Origin: Guillardia theta CCMP2712
Lineage: Eukaryota; Protista; Cryptophyta
Assembly: GCF_000315625.1 (NCBI RefSeq)
Contig: NW_005434555.1
Coordinates: 1 to 64,000 of the forward strand
DNA length: 64,000 nucleotides
Direction of reading: 5' to 3'
Part shown: one piece after another, positions 49,301 to 60,684 of the stretch
Position numbering within the stretch: the first letter of the stretch is position 1
Layout: every line of letters begins with the position of its first letter
Made by a program: the position numbers and the translations under genes
Notes under the pieces: generated by a model
The model's input: only the letters and a program-made list of their open reading frames with translations
What the model was told of the DNA's origin: nothing
The model's database searches: none

Positions 49301-51495
49301 GGCGAAGGATTTACACAAGGTTGCGAACTTCTTTAAAATCCGTCAGACGCTCCATTAAGAGTTTTTGATCAGGACGATGATCTTGACTCCTCTAACAATG
49401 CTGGGCCAAGAAGGAAGAAAGCTGTTATTCTTTTAAGCGCAAATCGCTCGCAGACAATTGGAGTCCTTCTTTCTCATCTCAAAATCCCGTCGTTTGCACT
49501 CTAACCATGCATTTAATAGCTGATTAATTTAACAGGCATGATGACTTTCGGAAAGCGATAATGTCTTTAGACACGCGAACGCTTCAGGTATTCATTGAAC
49601 AACTGGCGCTTTCTGATTGTAATGTGCTGCCGATACACAGCCAAATTTTGTAGTGCAGCTGATGAGACTCTTGCCAACGGATCAAGAAGTTGCTGCCTTA
49701 CAATCATATACTGGACCAAAAGAGGACTTGGGAGTGGCAGAGCGATTTTTGTTTGAGCTACTTTGTATACCTCGCCTAAAGCCTCGCTTGCAGGTAAGCT
49801 TTCAGATTGCAATGTTGCAGGCTACCCATAACTTTGAATGACAGTGCTTTGTCTTTATCCTTGAATTCAACGCAAGATTGCATGATCTATCAGAGAATGT
49901 AGAGGTATCAAGTGATCAACTGTTTCGCTGTTGCCAACATTCTGCAAGGTCTTCAGCTACGCAATTCATGACATCAAGAGATGCACCTCGCTCGTCAAAG
50001 TGCTGGAAATCGTGTTGGCCCTCGGCAACTATATGAACGGCCAGGGACCGAAAGGAGGAGCCTACGGTTTCAAGCTTGAGGTCTCCTTGCATCTGACGTG
50101 TACTCGACCATGATGGATCAACAGTTCTTGACCAAGTTGGCCGACACCAAGACTTCAGATAATAAGAGCACTCTCTTGCATTACCTGGTAAACTTTGAAA
50201 GCTGTTGTTTTCTTGTCTCTGAAATACTTTGAGGTTGATTACATACATCGCAAATTTCCAGAGTACATCAGTTTTCCTCAGGAGCTGAGCAACGTTGAGA
50301 TTGGTGCAAAAGTGTCAGAAAACATTGTGAGCTCTGCTTGTGGGAGGCAGTCACTCTGAGCTTGACTGCAGGTGGATGAGATCAGCAAGTTTAAGAAGGA
50401 GATCAAATTCATTTACGAGGAGATGAACAAGCCTTACTACAAGAGCAATGCTAAAACAGACCCTTGCGGCTCAAAACTAGAGCAGTTCTACCACACCGCA
50501 TATCGGGACATGGAAGTGCTCGAACAAAACAAGAAAGAAGCTTTGGCGATGTACAAGGAGCTTTCCAAGATGTGAACATGAATGTTTTCATCCGTTGCTC
50601 TGTTGATGTGAGTCTCAGGTATGGCGAGGAAGAGCTCAAGCCCGACGAGTTCATGACCTATATTCATCAATTCGCTCAAAGCTTCAAGGAGGCTCATAAC
50701 GAGAACGTTCGCAAGAAAGAGGAAGAAGAACGTGTGCGGGCAAGACGGGAGCAATTCTTGAAGCAGATGCAAGAAAACGAACGTCTCGCCGAGCAGCGAC
50801 GCCAGCAGAAGCAGATGGCTGGCGGTAAACCTCAGCCGCAGCCCAGCAAAGACCCGGTGAAGTAGAAGTTAATCTTGGGGTTTTGACTCATAACCTTTCA
50901 GGTCCCTGAAAGACCCAAGCAGAACAAAAGCGAACCTCACGCTCGTCACGAGCCCCCGCAGAAACCGCCGCTGAGGCCAAGCAACGGAGCTCATGATGCT
51001 GCTCAAATCACTGACATGATCAACCAAATGCCCAAGAGTGGCAAGTTTGTATTCAAGAAGAACAACAGTGCAGGCGAAGGTCAAAACCTCCTACGCGATC
51101 ACCTGGGCCAGGTAGCTGCTGGTTGTCGCTCTGTCTCAAGCCTCATGTTCCTGCAGGGCAAGAAAGGTGCCGGAACGGCGCCAGTGCAGGAGGAGGACGT
51201 TTTCTTTGATGACATCATCGATGTTCCTTCAGAGCAAAGTCAGAAGCATGCCATGCCACCGCTGCCTCCCGGCTTAGGTACGTCGCAGCAGGTGTGTCCT
51301 CATCTTGACTCGGCCGGCAGGTCCCAGGCCTGGCTCAACAGGCTCGAGCGCAAGGCTGAGCAAGGACGGAGATGGCGGAGATATCCGCTCGAACCTCAAG
51401 GACTTTGGGAAGTTCTTGTCGCCCAACCACAAGATCGCAAACAGACGCAAGTGAGAGGCCTGAACGAAAGAGACGAGAAGAGATTGAGAGGCTGA
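46389..51495 (+). CDS. Formin (FH1 + FH2) with an N-terminal B-box zinc finger
   Basis: Spliced N-terminus CSVC..C..C...C|.ECD..IH.......H.R. Polyproline FH1 at 48540-49010. FH2 motifs KQLHWIKL, VAERFLFELLCIPRLKPRL, VLALGNYMN, GAYGFKL and KLADTK. Confidence 0.88.
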
Positions 51496-51783
51496 TTGTA
51501 GTGGTGGGTTGCTGTTGACATGAATACATTCTAGTTCATCAGACACAGACCTTGTCTCCTCTCCTCCCCTCTCCTCCCCTCTCCTCCCCTCCCCTCTCCG
51601 CTCTCCTTGACCCGCGCTCTGTGTCTGGTATCTCTTTCTCTCTTCTCCACATGGTCCTTCTCTTGTCTTTGTCGACTCCAAAACTTTTCAGACTCTCCTG
51701 CTTGTCATGATGAGCCTTTACTTAAAAAAAGTCATGATGATTGCTAAAAAAAAGTCAACTGCAAAAAGATGTCGGGGGGGATC

Positions 51784-53812
51784 ATGACGAGAATGCAAGC
51801 GGAGGAGCGGGTGCTGGTCTCGAGGGCCCAGCAGGAGCAGGAGGCGACAAGGAGAAGAGAAGCGACAGCCAGCAGGTGAGGCGAGCGAGGAAGGAGCTCT
51901 CGTTTGACTCGCTGCTCCATGCAGGGAAGAAGAGCATCAGCGAAAGATGGGTAAGTGGGGGGGCCTGCCACAGGATTCATGCTTGATGCTCGTCCAGCTG
52001 AGCTCCAGGAGAGGCAGGAAGAGACCAAACTGTCAGAGGAATTGACAGCCATGCGGATAGCAGAGGCCAGTCGTCGTCGACATATCGTTAGCCTCGTATT
52101 ACCCGTTTCAGTATGTTTGATTTGCTTTCAGTCGATCGAGATGAAAGAGCAGATCAGAGAAGATAGAGAAGAGCAGAGGAAGTGGTTCTGGGAACAAGAG
52201 CATCATCGGTCGACCTTGATGATGCTTCAAGCATTCTGTGACGATGAACTTCAGACTTTTGATCATAGAGAAGCATCGCAAAGTGCAGATGGCGATTAGG
52301 GTCAGGGTTTCCTGCCCGTGATTGCATTTTCACTGAGCAATGGTTGCATCAAGGCTAAGGAGAAGAACCAAGACAAACTGCAACACGAATATCTTTGTGA
52401 GGCCAGAAAGTTTCGGATCAAGAGAATATTCCACTTCTTCGATCATGACAGGTCTGTTGGGTACCTCTTGGTGAAGTAGTTTGCAAACTTAGAGCTGGTA
52501 CCATAGGGATGGAGTCATATCGCTGCAAGATCTGTCCAAGAGACTCCGTCAGGTGCTTTCACTCCTCATAAGACCATCTCCGTGATGATGCTTTCAGCTG
52601 GAGAAAACCTTCCGCAAGAAGGTTGAGCAGCTGTACCCGAGAACTTCTCTCACAGGCCTCCTAGGACGCTCAAGATATGATGGAGGAGCTTTGGAGGCAT
52701 TGTCAATTGTTTCCGGGGTATTCAGATACTGTTCGATGTCGGGCTGACTCAGTCCATGGCAACAGCTTCCGAGCAGCGCAAGAGCATTGGATCCGATATG
52801 GAGAACCGAAACCTTGTCTTGTAAGGATCCATGAGTGAAAATCCTTGGATTGAAGGGTTGCAGGCACCAGGAAAGGTGTTGCAAGCACCCCGTCCCATCT
52901 TCTTTGGTGCCGAGGAATCAGTCAAGGTACCAACAGCCTCCTGCTTGTTTGCGCTCTTCTCAGCTTGTACCCCTTATGACTCTTGTCGGGCTCTACTCCA
53001 AGTCTTGGAGGTAGTCTCAGTCTACTTTCTCTCATCATATCCACTTGACGCCTCTGTGCTCCGCAAGCGCGTCAAAGGAGAGGCAAAGGGTAGAAAAGAG
53101 CGACATCGATGATTATCGAGGGAAACTTGACAAAGACGCCTTCTTTGAGGTCTGACTAGCACTTGTTGGGTGTGCTAGCCGATTGAAAACGCGTTCAGAT
53201 GGTTCTCACATGCTTGGAGGTACAGCCTGTCGCCAACACTGAATCTCAATACCAAGGGATGAAGGTGAAGTGCGATGTGATATGAGCTGCTTCTGAAGCT
53301 CTTTCTAAAGACCAGCGAGTACTACATGCCTCCCCTCCTCGTCAGCATCGTTGAGTTTCTCCTGCACGTTGAGCCATGCGATCTCGTAGCTCTGCTGGGA
53401 CTTTTCTTCTCCTCCTCCTCACTGCTCGTGCCAGTCAGTTCGAAGTTACGACGAGCTCGAGAAGGAGCTGCTCTCTGGTGCTCCCAACCCTTCCCTCCTA
53501 CCATCTCTTCACTCTTCAACGACTCCTTCCCCTCTCCTTCTCTTACCAGCTCTCCTCGGATTGTCATTGTCTGTCTCCTCAGGGAAGGTCACAGTCGAGG
53601 ACGGTATGACTATCCTCTTCCGAAGATGCGGGACCCCAGCTCGAGTCGATTTAGGTCTGCAGACTTTCTACTTGTACGTCTCACACATGCACAGGAAACC
53701 TGCTTGGGTTCGACAGGCTCGTCGACCCATTTGCTCAATTTTCCTTCAAAGATTTCTTGCGAGCGGTTTTGAAGACGAGGAATGGCGAGTTCATGGGCGA
53801 GAACTTCTTTAG
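51784..53812 (+). CDS. EF-hand calcium-binding protein with an N-terminal coiled coil
   Basis: IKRIFHFFDHDR|DGVISLQDL, GNLDKDAF and GKVTVEDGMTILFRR. Confidence 0.65.
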
Positions 53813-53979
53813 ATAGCGATTAGAATCTGTTGTTACAATTGCCGTGTTTGTCAATTGGATAAGATGAAGGTGAAGATGAAGGTGAATAGATGATCAAGAT
53901 ACAGATGAAGGTGAAGATGAAGTTGTGAAGGTGATATACAACAATGTTTGTCTTAAACTTTCTTGGCTATCCTTGTGCC

Positions 53980-56000
53980 ATCCATCGGATAAACTCGTGA
54001 TCTTTTCTGAAACAGCCGAGGAACCTGAGAAAGCTTCTTATCTTCCAGTCTCGCAGATTTTCAGTTACTCACCATGTACAGGCCGCACTTGCTTCCGCTT
54101 CCCCCCCCTTCCTCCTCTTCCTCCTCCTCGCCAGTCACGATGACCTTACTCTCTAGCGGAGGCTCGAGGCGCATCGGGCGAGATGAGAAGGAGCTTTCAG
54201 GTTCAGCTCGCATGCTCCTGGCGGTCCTCGTGGAGTAGAGGTTCCAGTAGCGAAGTCCTTCCTCGAAGAGTCTCTTACCGATCAGACCGTTGATCTCTCC
54301 TCTGACTAGTCGTCGTCTGGGTTGAGACGACATGACCCTCTCGCCCTCCTCCTGTTGAGCTTCTTTTCTCAGGTCCCCGACAGAGCCAGCAGAGCTTGAA
54401 AGCTGCTCGTTACCCCTCTCCTTCCCCTCCCTCCCAATATCCTCCTTCTCCCTTGTCTCCGTTTGACTCACGTCGACCGAACAAGTAGTGACCGAGTCTC
54501 CGCAATGCTCTTTCAAGCTGAAACGAGTCAACTACAGCAGACATGGCAGAGCTCTACCTCTCGTTGACGTTGATGGAGCTGATATCCGTCAAGACCTCGC
54601 TCACCTGGCTGATTTCTTGGTAGGTCTCCTCCTCCATTCCCCCGAAGCCTTGGGTCGACTGACAGCTCTCGCTCTTGTCATTATTCGTGTTCGACTTCTC
54701 AATCTGTGTCTTAATGGCGGCGATCCTGTGCCGACGAGTCAAACTCGATTTCATTTCTCACCTCCTCTCACTGTACCACTCCATCTTCTTCTGCTCACTG
54801 TCGGCTTGAAACGTCCAGACCTGACGACAGCGTATGAGAGGAGATGATACAACGAGCGCCCAGCACCCGCTGTCTTCCTGAGCCTTCGCAAACAGTGAAA
54901 CGGAGCTCATCGTGTGTGAAGGCCTTGCAGACATGGCTGAGGTACATCTTGGCTTTCTCTTTCCTCAACACTCTCGCAGTGAAATCCTCATAGCATATCA
55001 AGCAGTGCGGGTGAAGCACAAGATGTCGTTGTCCCTTCAAACAAGCTCGTCATTTCCTCTCGTCTCTCTCGCGCTGAGTCTACCCAATTTCTTGGCCACG
55101 TCATTTCTTGCTGCAATAGCACGCCTTCTTTGATCAGGTGTGTTCGGAGACCTGTGGGTAGAGGAGAGGAGAGGAGAGGAGAAGAAGAGGAGAGGAGAAG
55201 GAGAAGGAGAGGAGAGGAGAGGAAGAGAGGAGAGGAGAGGAGAGGAGAGGAGGGGGAGAGAGGAGGAGAGGAGGAGAGGAGAGGAGAGGAGAGGAGAGGA
55301 GAGGAGAAGGAGAGGAGAAGGAGAGGAGAAGGAGAGGAGGAGGAGAGGAGGAGGAGAGGAGGAGGAGAGGAGGAGGAGGAGGAGAGGTCAAAGCAAAGAG
55401 CAGCAAGCAAGAGCGTTGCTCCTACCTCCTCGGCTCGCCTCAGCAGCAGTCTCAATCCTCGGGAGGTCACCCCACTTACTCGCAGACGCTCTTATGCTCT
55501 TGGTCTTTCTCACGGAGGGAGAGCTGCTCAAGGAGAGAGGGTCCGAGTCCCACGAGCTCCACCTTGAGTTGTCGAAGGTCTTCCATGCCGCATCCCCTAG
55601 CGTCTCCTCTCTTGCGCTGACCTGCTGTGATGTTTCATCCTCCTCCGCATGTTCGTCTAAGGATTCATGCGGTCGTGCCGGCTGCAGGTGAAAGTTCAGA
55701 GCGAGGGAGCGGGAAGGAGAAGAGAAGGTCACCCAGTTCCAATCCGAGACGTTTGCGCTGCCTTGGTCGACTGTGAATTTTGTTTGACAACATACCCGAG
55801 GGACGTTCATCCTCTACCCTTCAAGAGACTGCGCTTGCTCTCTGTTTGCCTTCATTGTCTGTCCGGCCTCACGCTAGAGCATGAGCCTGTTCCTGCTAGG
55901 CGTCAGGCTCGTCGACGTGACCGCCTCTCCTTCATCCTTCGCTCTCCTCCTTGCTCTCCTCCTCTCCCTCCTTTGCCGTCGCTACCGGCGACCCCATGCC
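53980..56000 (-). CDS. Hypothetical charged/low-complexity protein
   Basis: Several ORF segments bounded by GT-AG. No domain recognised. Confidence 0.4.
55158..55387. repeat. (GAGGA)n purine-only microsatellite, probably intronic
   Basis: About 230 nt of G/A only. Confidence 0.93.
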
Positions 56001-56343
56001 GCTGTGCCCAAAACAATACAAACTAATCCCGGACAGAACTAAACCCATGCGAGTCGCGCCATTGGTTTCATTCAATTTCATGTATCGCAACAGGAAGTAA
56101 CGTGTGTTGTTTGTGCGGTACAGACAAGCACATGGTTGTATCGCAACTGCTTGACTTGTCTCTACCTTGCGGCGGAAACGGTTACGCACGCTAGGACAGG
56201 TGTGTCAAAGGCTACAACTCAGTCTGCTCGTTTCTTCCATTCATTCGGGGACGGTTTTGTTCTGCTGCAAATTCAAAGTTGACCTCACTTGTCTCGTGTC
56301 GACTCATGAAGAGACATGACTGTTTTCATGTGCGACTTCTCCA

Positions 56344-59300
56344 TCACGAGCGTCGCGTTGGCGGTTGCTCATAGTCGTCATCGTAATCCTCATCGTCTTC
56401 TTCGTCTTCCTCATCCACTTCCTCCTCGACTCGCACATCCTCCTCGTCGTCGTCAGGGGCGAGGGTGTCGGGGTCAGCCAGGTACTTGAACTTCACTCCG
56501 AGGTGAGACTCGAAGAGACCCACTCGCTTCCTGCAGGGCAGCGTCGCGATCAGCTTCGAGCGCAAGGAAGGAGACAATCACTTACTTCAAATCCTTGACG
56601 ACCAGGGTCACAACCTTTCCCTTCCTCCCCAGCCTCCCAGTCCTCCCTGCCATGTGCACATAGCTGGCGACTTCGCGGGGGAGCTGCTTGCGAGGTCAGA
56701 GCAGAAGAGAACGCAGCTGAAGGAGACCTCCCAGAGGAACACGACATCGAAGTAGAAGTCCAGGCCACGAGCGTTTGACTCGCTCATGATGATCAGCGGT
56801 GGGTTGTCTCTGAGCAGACGTCAGAGCCAGGGAGGCCAGGAGGAGAAGACAGGAGGGAGAAGAGGAGAAGACAGGAGGGAGAAGAGGAGAAGACAGGAGG
56901 GAGAAGAGGAGAAGACAGGAGGGAGAAGAGGAGAAGAAAGGAGGGAGAAGAGGAGAAGACAGGAGGGAGAAGAGGAGAAGACAGGAGGGAGAAGAGGTCT
57001 TGCTCGCTTACTGCTCAGCGAGAGAGTTTCTCAGGTTTTCTCGCCGCTGCACAAGTTCATTGTGAATGTCCTCGGACACTGTTGGCTCGCCCGTGGCATT
57101 CTTCGCATCGTACTCGTCGAATCCCAGGGCCCGATGGATCGAGATCGCTCGTTCGATGCCGCTGCAGCAAGAAAGAGGAGAGTGAGGCGGGAGCGAGAGG
57201 GAGAGCAGCCAGGGAGCATTTTAGTGGCATGCCAGCAGCTTCACCTGTAGTGCATTTTGTCGATAATCTCGTTCACGCTCAGCCCATTGGGAAGGAATAA
57301 GATGGCAGGAGTGGTCGGACAGTAAGCGGTGAGCAGATTTTGCAGCGTGCGATATTTCTCCTCTTCTCTCCTGATGGAAAGGTACTGTACAAGCATCAAG
57401 AGCCCAACCCTTCGCACATAGTATTCTAACGAGATGCTTGATGGTGGGGGGGATAATCGCTCCGGCTTCGAACTGCCCTCCTGTATCCAGCTTCCTGTTG
57501 TCGGCTATCAGAAAAGTCGGGTGCAGAGAATGCAAAAGTGAGAGGCAATGGTGGGAGTGATGATTTAGAGGTCAGCTCACTTCAACAGCTTGTTCTGTTG
57601 CACAAGCTCTTCTTCCGTCATGAAGTCATCTCGACTCAAGCGGACAATCTGTCAACGTTTGAATCTCAAACACATCAGGAAATTTTCAGAGAATAAAAGT
57701 AAAGATGGGGAGGGAAACATCCGTCAAAAGGGTCAGGAGGGCGAGAGGAAAAGAGACTGACGTCTAAAACTTTCATCCCGAGGGACTCGTCGAATCTGTA
57801 GGATCAGACGTTCAGAGAAGCTCATTGACAGACGAACAAGAATCATTGCCATGACAGAAAGACAAGCAGACCTGGCCAGCTCCTGCCTCAGCGACCTGCT
57901 GATGGTTGCAGAGCAAGAGACGATTTGTAGGGGAAGGCTACGTCGATTGTGATGCTGCAGGATCTGCCTTGATGTGACTGAGAGCACAGGAGGGAGCGAA
58001 GCAACTCTCACTCGCTGCATCATCAAGCTCGTGGGCATCGGATGCGCCTTCCTCATCTTCACCTTCTGCTCGACGTGTTGGTCACTTTTTCAGCTTCACT
58101 TCTCCTTCCTCTGCTGACCTTGAGAGGCGCATGCTTGTTCAACGGGTTCAACAGTTTGTCCACCTCATCCAGCACCATCACTTCCAGATTGCCCAGCAGC
58201 TGCTGGAGCTGATCTTTATCCCTGATGGTGGCAAGAATGCTGGGAAAGCATCAAACACGGGCGAGTAAAGGAAGAAAGACACACCTTTGATATCTGTCAG
58301 GTGTGCAAATGACGATGGGACAGGTTGTCTTCATCATCTACAGGTAGTCAGACAAATGAAATTGCAAACTCCTAAGATCTTCTTTTGGCACTCGTCTTGT
58401 AGCGAATACGAAAAACACAAAGAGGAAACGAGGATCAAATGGTTGAACAAAGAATCCCTTTGAAATTGATAGCAACAAACAGTGCACTTTGTAGATTGGC
58501 GGCATCTAAATCGCGTTCACCTTATCCAGCTGATCTTCAAATCTTTCTGTCCCTCCCACAATCATCATTCCAAACCCTGCTCCTCGATATCTGACGCATT
58601 CGCTGAGAATCTGCTCATAGCCGTCAGCGATTCTTGCTCCATTCCCCGCTTGGGCAGTTTCAAACATCTAACAAGACACTTCAAATCGGCCACTGTCTTA
58701 CTTGCAGAGCAAGTTCTCGGGTAGGAGCGACTATCAGCCCCCTCCTCGGCTTGCTTCCTTCCTCGAACCTCGCGAACAAGGGCATGAGGTATGCGAGCGT
58801 CTTTCCGCTTCCCGTTGGAGACTGGACAATGACAGAGCGACCCTGCAGGAGGGAGTGACGTGAAATCAAGACCTTTCCCTCCAGCACACACCGACATGAT
58901 AGAAGGGATGGCAACATGCTGGATGGGAAGAGGCGTAGAGACACCAATTGCCTGCAGCTTCTCATGCACCTGCCAGTTCGGTCAACGACCAGCCAAAGAC
59001 TTGAGATGTTGGTGGGGCAGAATCAGGTGGAGAAGCACGACAAGAGGTGGGTGAGAGCAGAGAAATTGGATGTGGAGGAGCAACAAGAAGGCAGACGGAG
59101 GGAGGGAGCAACAAGAAGGCAGACGGAGGGAGGGAGCAACAAGAAGGCAGACGGAGGGAGGGAGCAACAAGAAGGCAGACGGAGGGAGGGAGCAACAAGA
59201 AGGCAGACGGAGGGAGGGAGCAACAATAAGGCAGACGGAGGGAGGGAGCAACAAGAAGGCAGACGGAGGGAGGGAGCAACAAGAAGGCAGACGGAGGGAG

Positions 59301-60188
59301 GGAGCAACAAGAAGGCAGACGGAGGGAGGGAGCAACAAGAAGGCAGACGGAGGGAGGGAGCAACAAGAAGGCAGACGGAGGGAGGGAGCAACAAGAAGGT
59401 GGATGCAGGCAGGGATGTAGGGAGGGTAACAAAACTCGAATGTACGTCACCTGGGGCGTGCACATCAATCCAGCGAACTGGTTTGGGTTTGTCGTCTCCT
59501 CGATAGGAAGGGGACTGAGAGGTTTCAAGTTTCCTTTCATGTCCTTCAAGTCGTCAATCATAACTTCCATCTTCATCTCGGACAGCTCTTCTTCAGTTAT
59601 GTTCTCTGAAGACAGGCCCATTTGGTACATTGCAATCGCAGCGGGGCCAGCAGCCTTCTTCACTACTCCGACATCACCTTCCGTCATCTCCTCCGTTGGA
59701 CCCTTCTGTGCTTCACTTCTCTCGTGCTCCTCCAGCCTCTTGAGGTCCTGCGGTGAGATGGTCCCTTCCTTCCTCCTGCGCTCTAGTAGCCTTCGTTCCG
59801 AGCTCAATAGTAGCACTCTTCTCCCGCTGGGCTCGTTGCCGGAATGAAACTGCCTCGTGTCCTTCATTGTGATGATCCGTGAGAGCACTCTGCGAAGAAA
59901 GGTCACCTCAACAAAGGACAGGAGGAGCATGACGCCTATCAGGCAGCTTTACCTGCCAGTGCAGAGATAATGCCGTCCAAGTTGGCTGTATGCAAATGTC
60001 CCACGTTTCCAAGACGCATGCAAGTTTCGTTCAATGAGATTCATCGGATCAATCCTGCTGTGCATGAAGGCAGCAAGAGTTTTCCTTGAGCTGGCTGACG
60101 TCCAGGAAGCCATGGTTGCACAGCTGGATGATACAAACACAGCAACGATGAGCGGGCGATGCAAAGGGCCACGAGCTCTTATGACCAT
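56344..60188 (-). CDS. DEAD-box RNA helicase with an N-terminal targeting leader
   Basis: Q motif ([11 protein letters not shown]), [31 protein letters not shown] and [10 protein letters not shown]. Acidic tail. Confidence 0.9.
56843..56997 (+). repeat. 22-bp intronic minisatellite, ~7 copies
   Basis: gagaagacaggagggagaagag repeated. Confidence 0.9.
59078..59399 (+). repeat. 28-bp intronic minisatellite, ~11.5 copies
   Basis: gagcaacaagaaggcagacggagggagg repeated. One copy has aataag. Confidence 0.95.
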
Positions 60189-60684
60189 GAACCAGCAGGC
60201 CTGTGTGTTCAGAGTGAGCTCCTGGCATGTCTCTTCTCTTCCACCAGAGCATCGAATCTATGCTCCTGCCTCCCTTGTATCGGGAGGGTAGCTATGAGAC
60301 AAGCAACTTGATCTGCTATCTTTCCTTTATCTCATCTCACTCTCTCAAGCATCTCTCAGCACATCTCTCATCGTCAACTCCTCTCTGCCTCTCCCTCCTC
60401 CTCCTATCTCGCCATCTTCTCGTCATTCCTGTCCGTCCTATGGACGCATCTTTGCGAGCATGCGCGCCGTTACGTGCCGTTTTTGGGACACCGAATTCTT
60501 AGAGACCCGGCTGCGCCCGGGCCGCCCGGGACCGGAACGAGGGCCGCGCCGGCAAGTCACTGGCCCTTTGAGCAGGCACCGTCACGGTTCAAGTGTTCCG
60601 AGGACGGAAGGCCCGGGCAGCAGCGCTAGTCCAGACGCATGAGACCCACCAGCCCCGACGCAACAGTCATAGTCTCAGCTTCGT

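Noticed and set aside
54988-55691. Leu/Ser/Pro and Glu/Arg/Gly ORFs, also at 39457-39889
   Set aside because: Artefacts of GA/CT microsatellites, which lack stop codons.
56843-56997. Possible interstitial telomere-like GA repeat
   Set aside because: The unit contains C, sits in an intron and is one of several unrelated GA-rich repeats. No match to a telomere unit can be supported.
58916-59506. Long repetitive ORFs ([15 protein letters not shown] / [13 protein letters not shown])
   Set aside because: Translations of the 28-bp intronic minisatellite.
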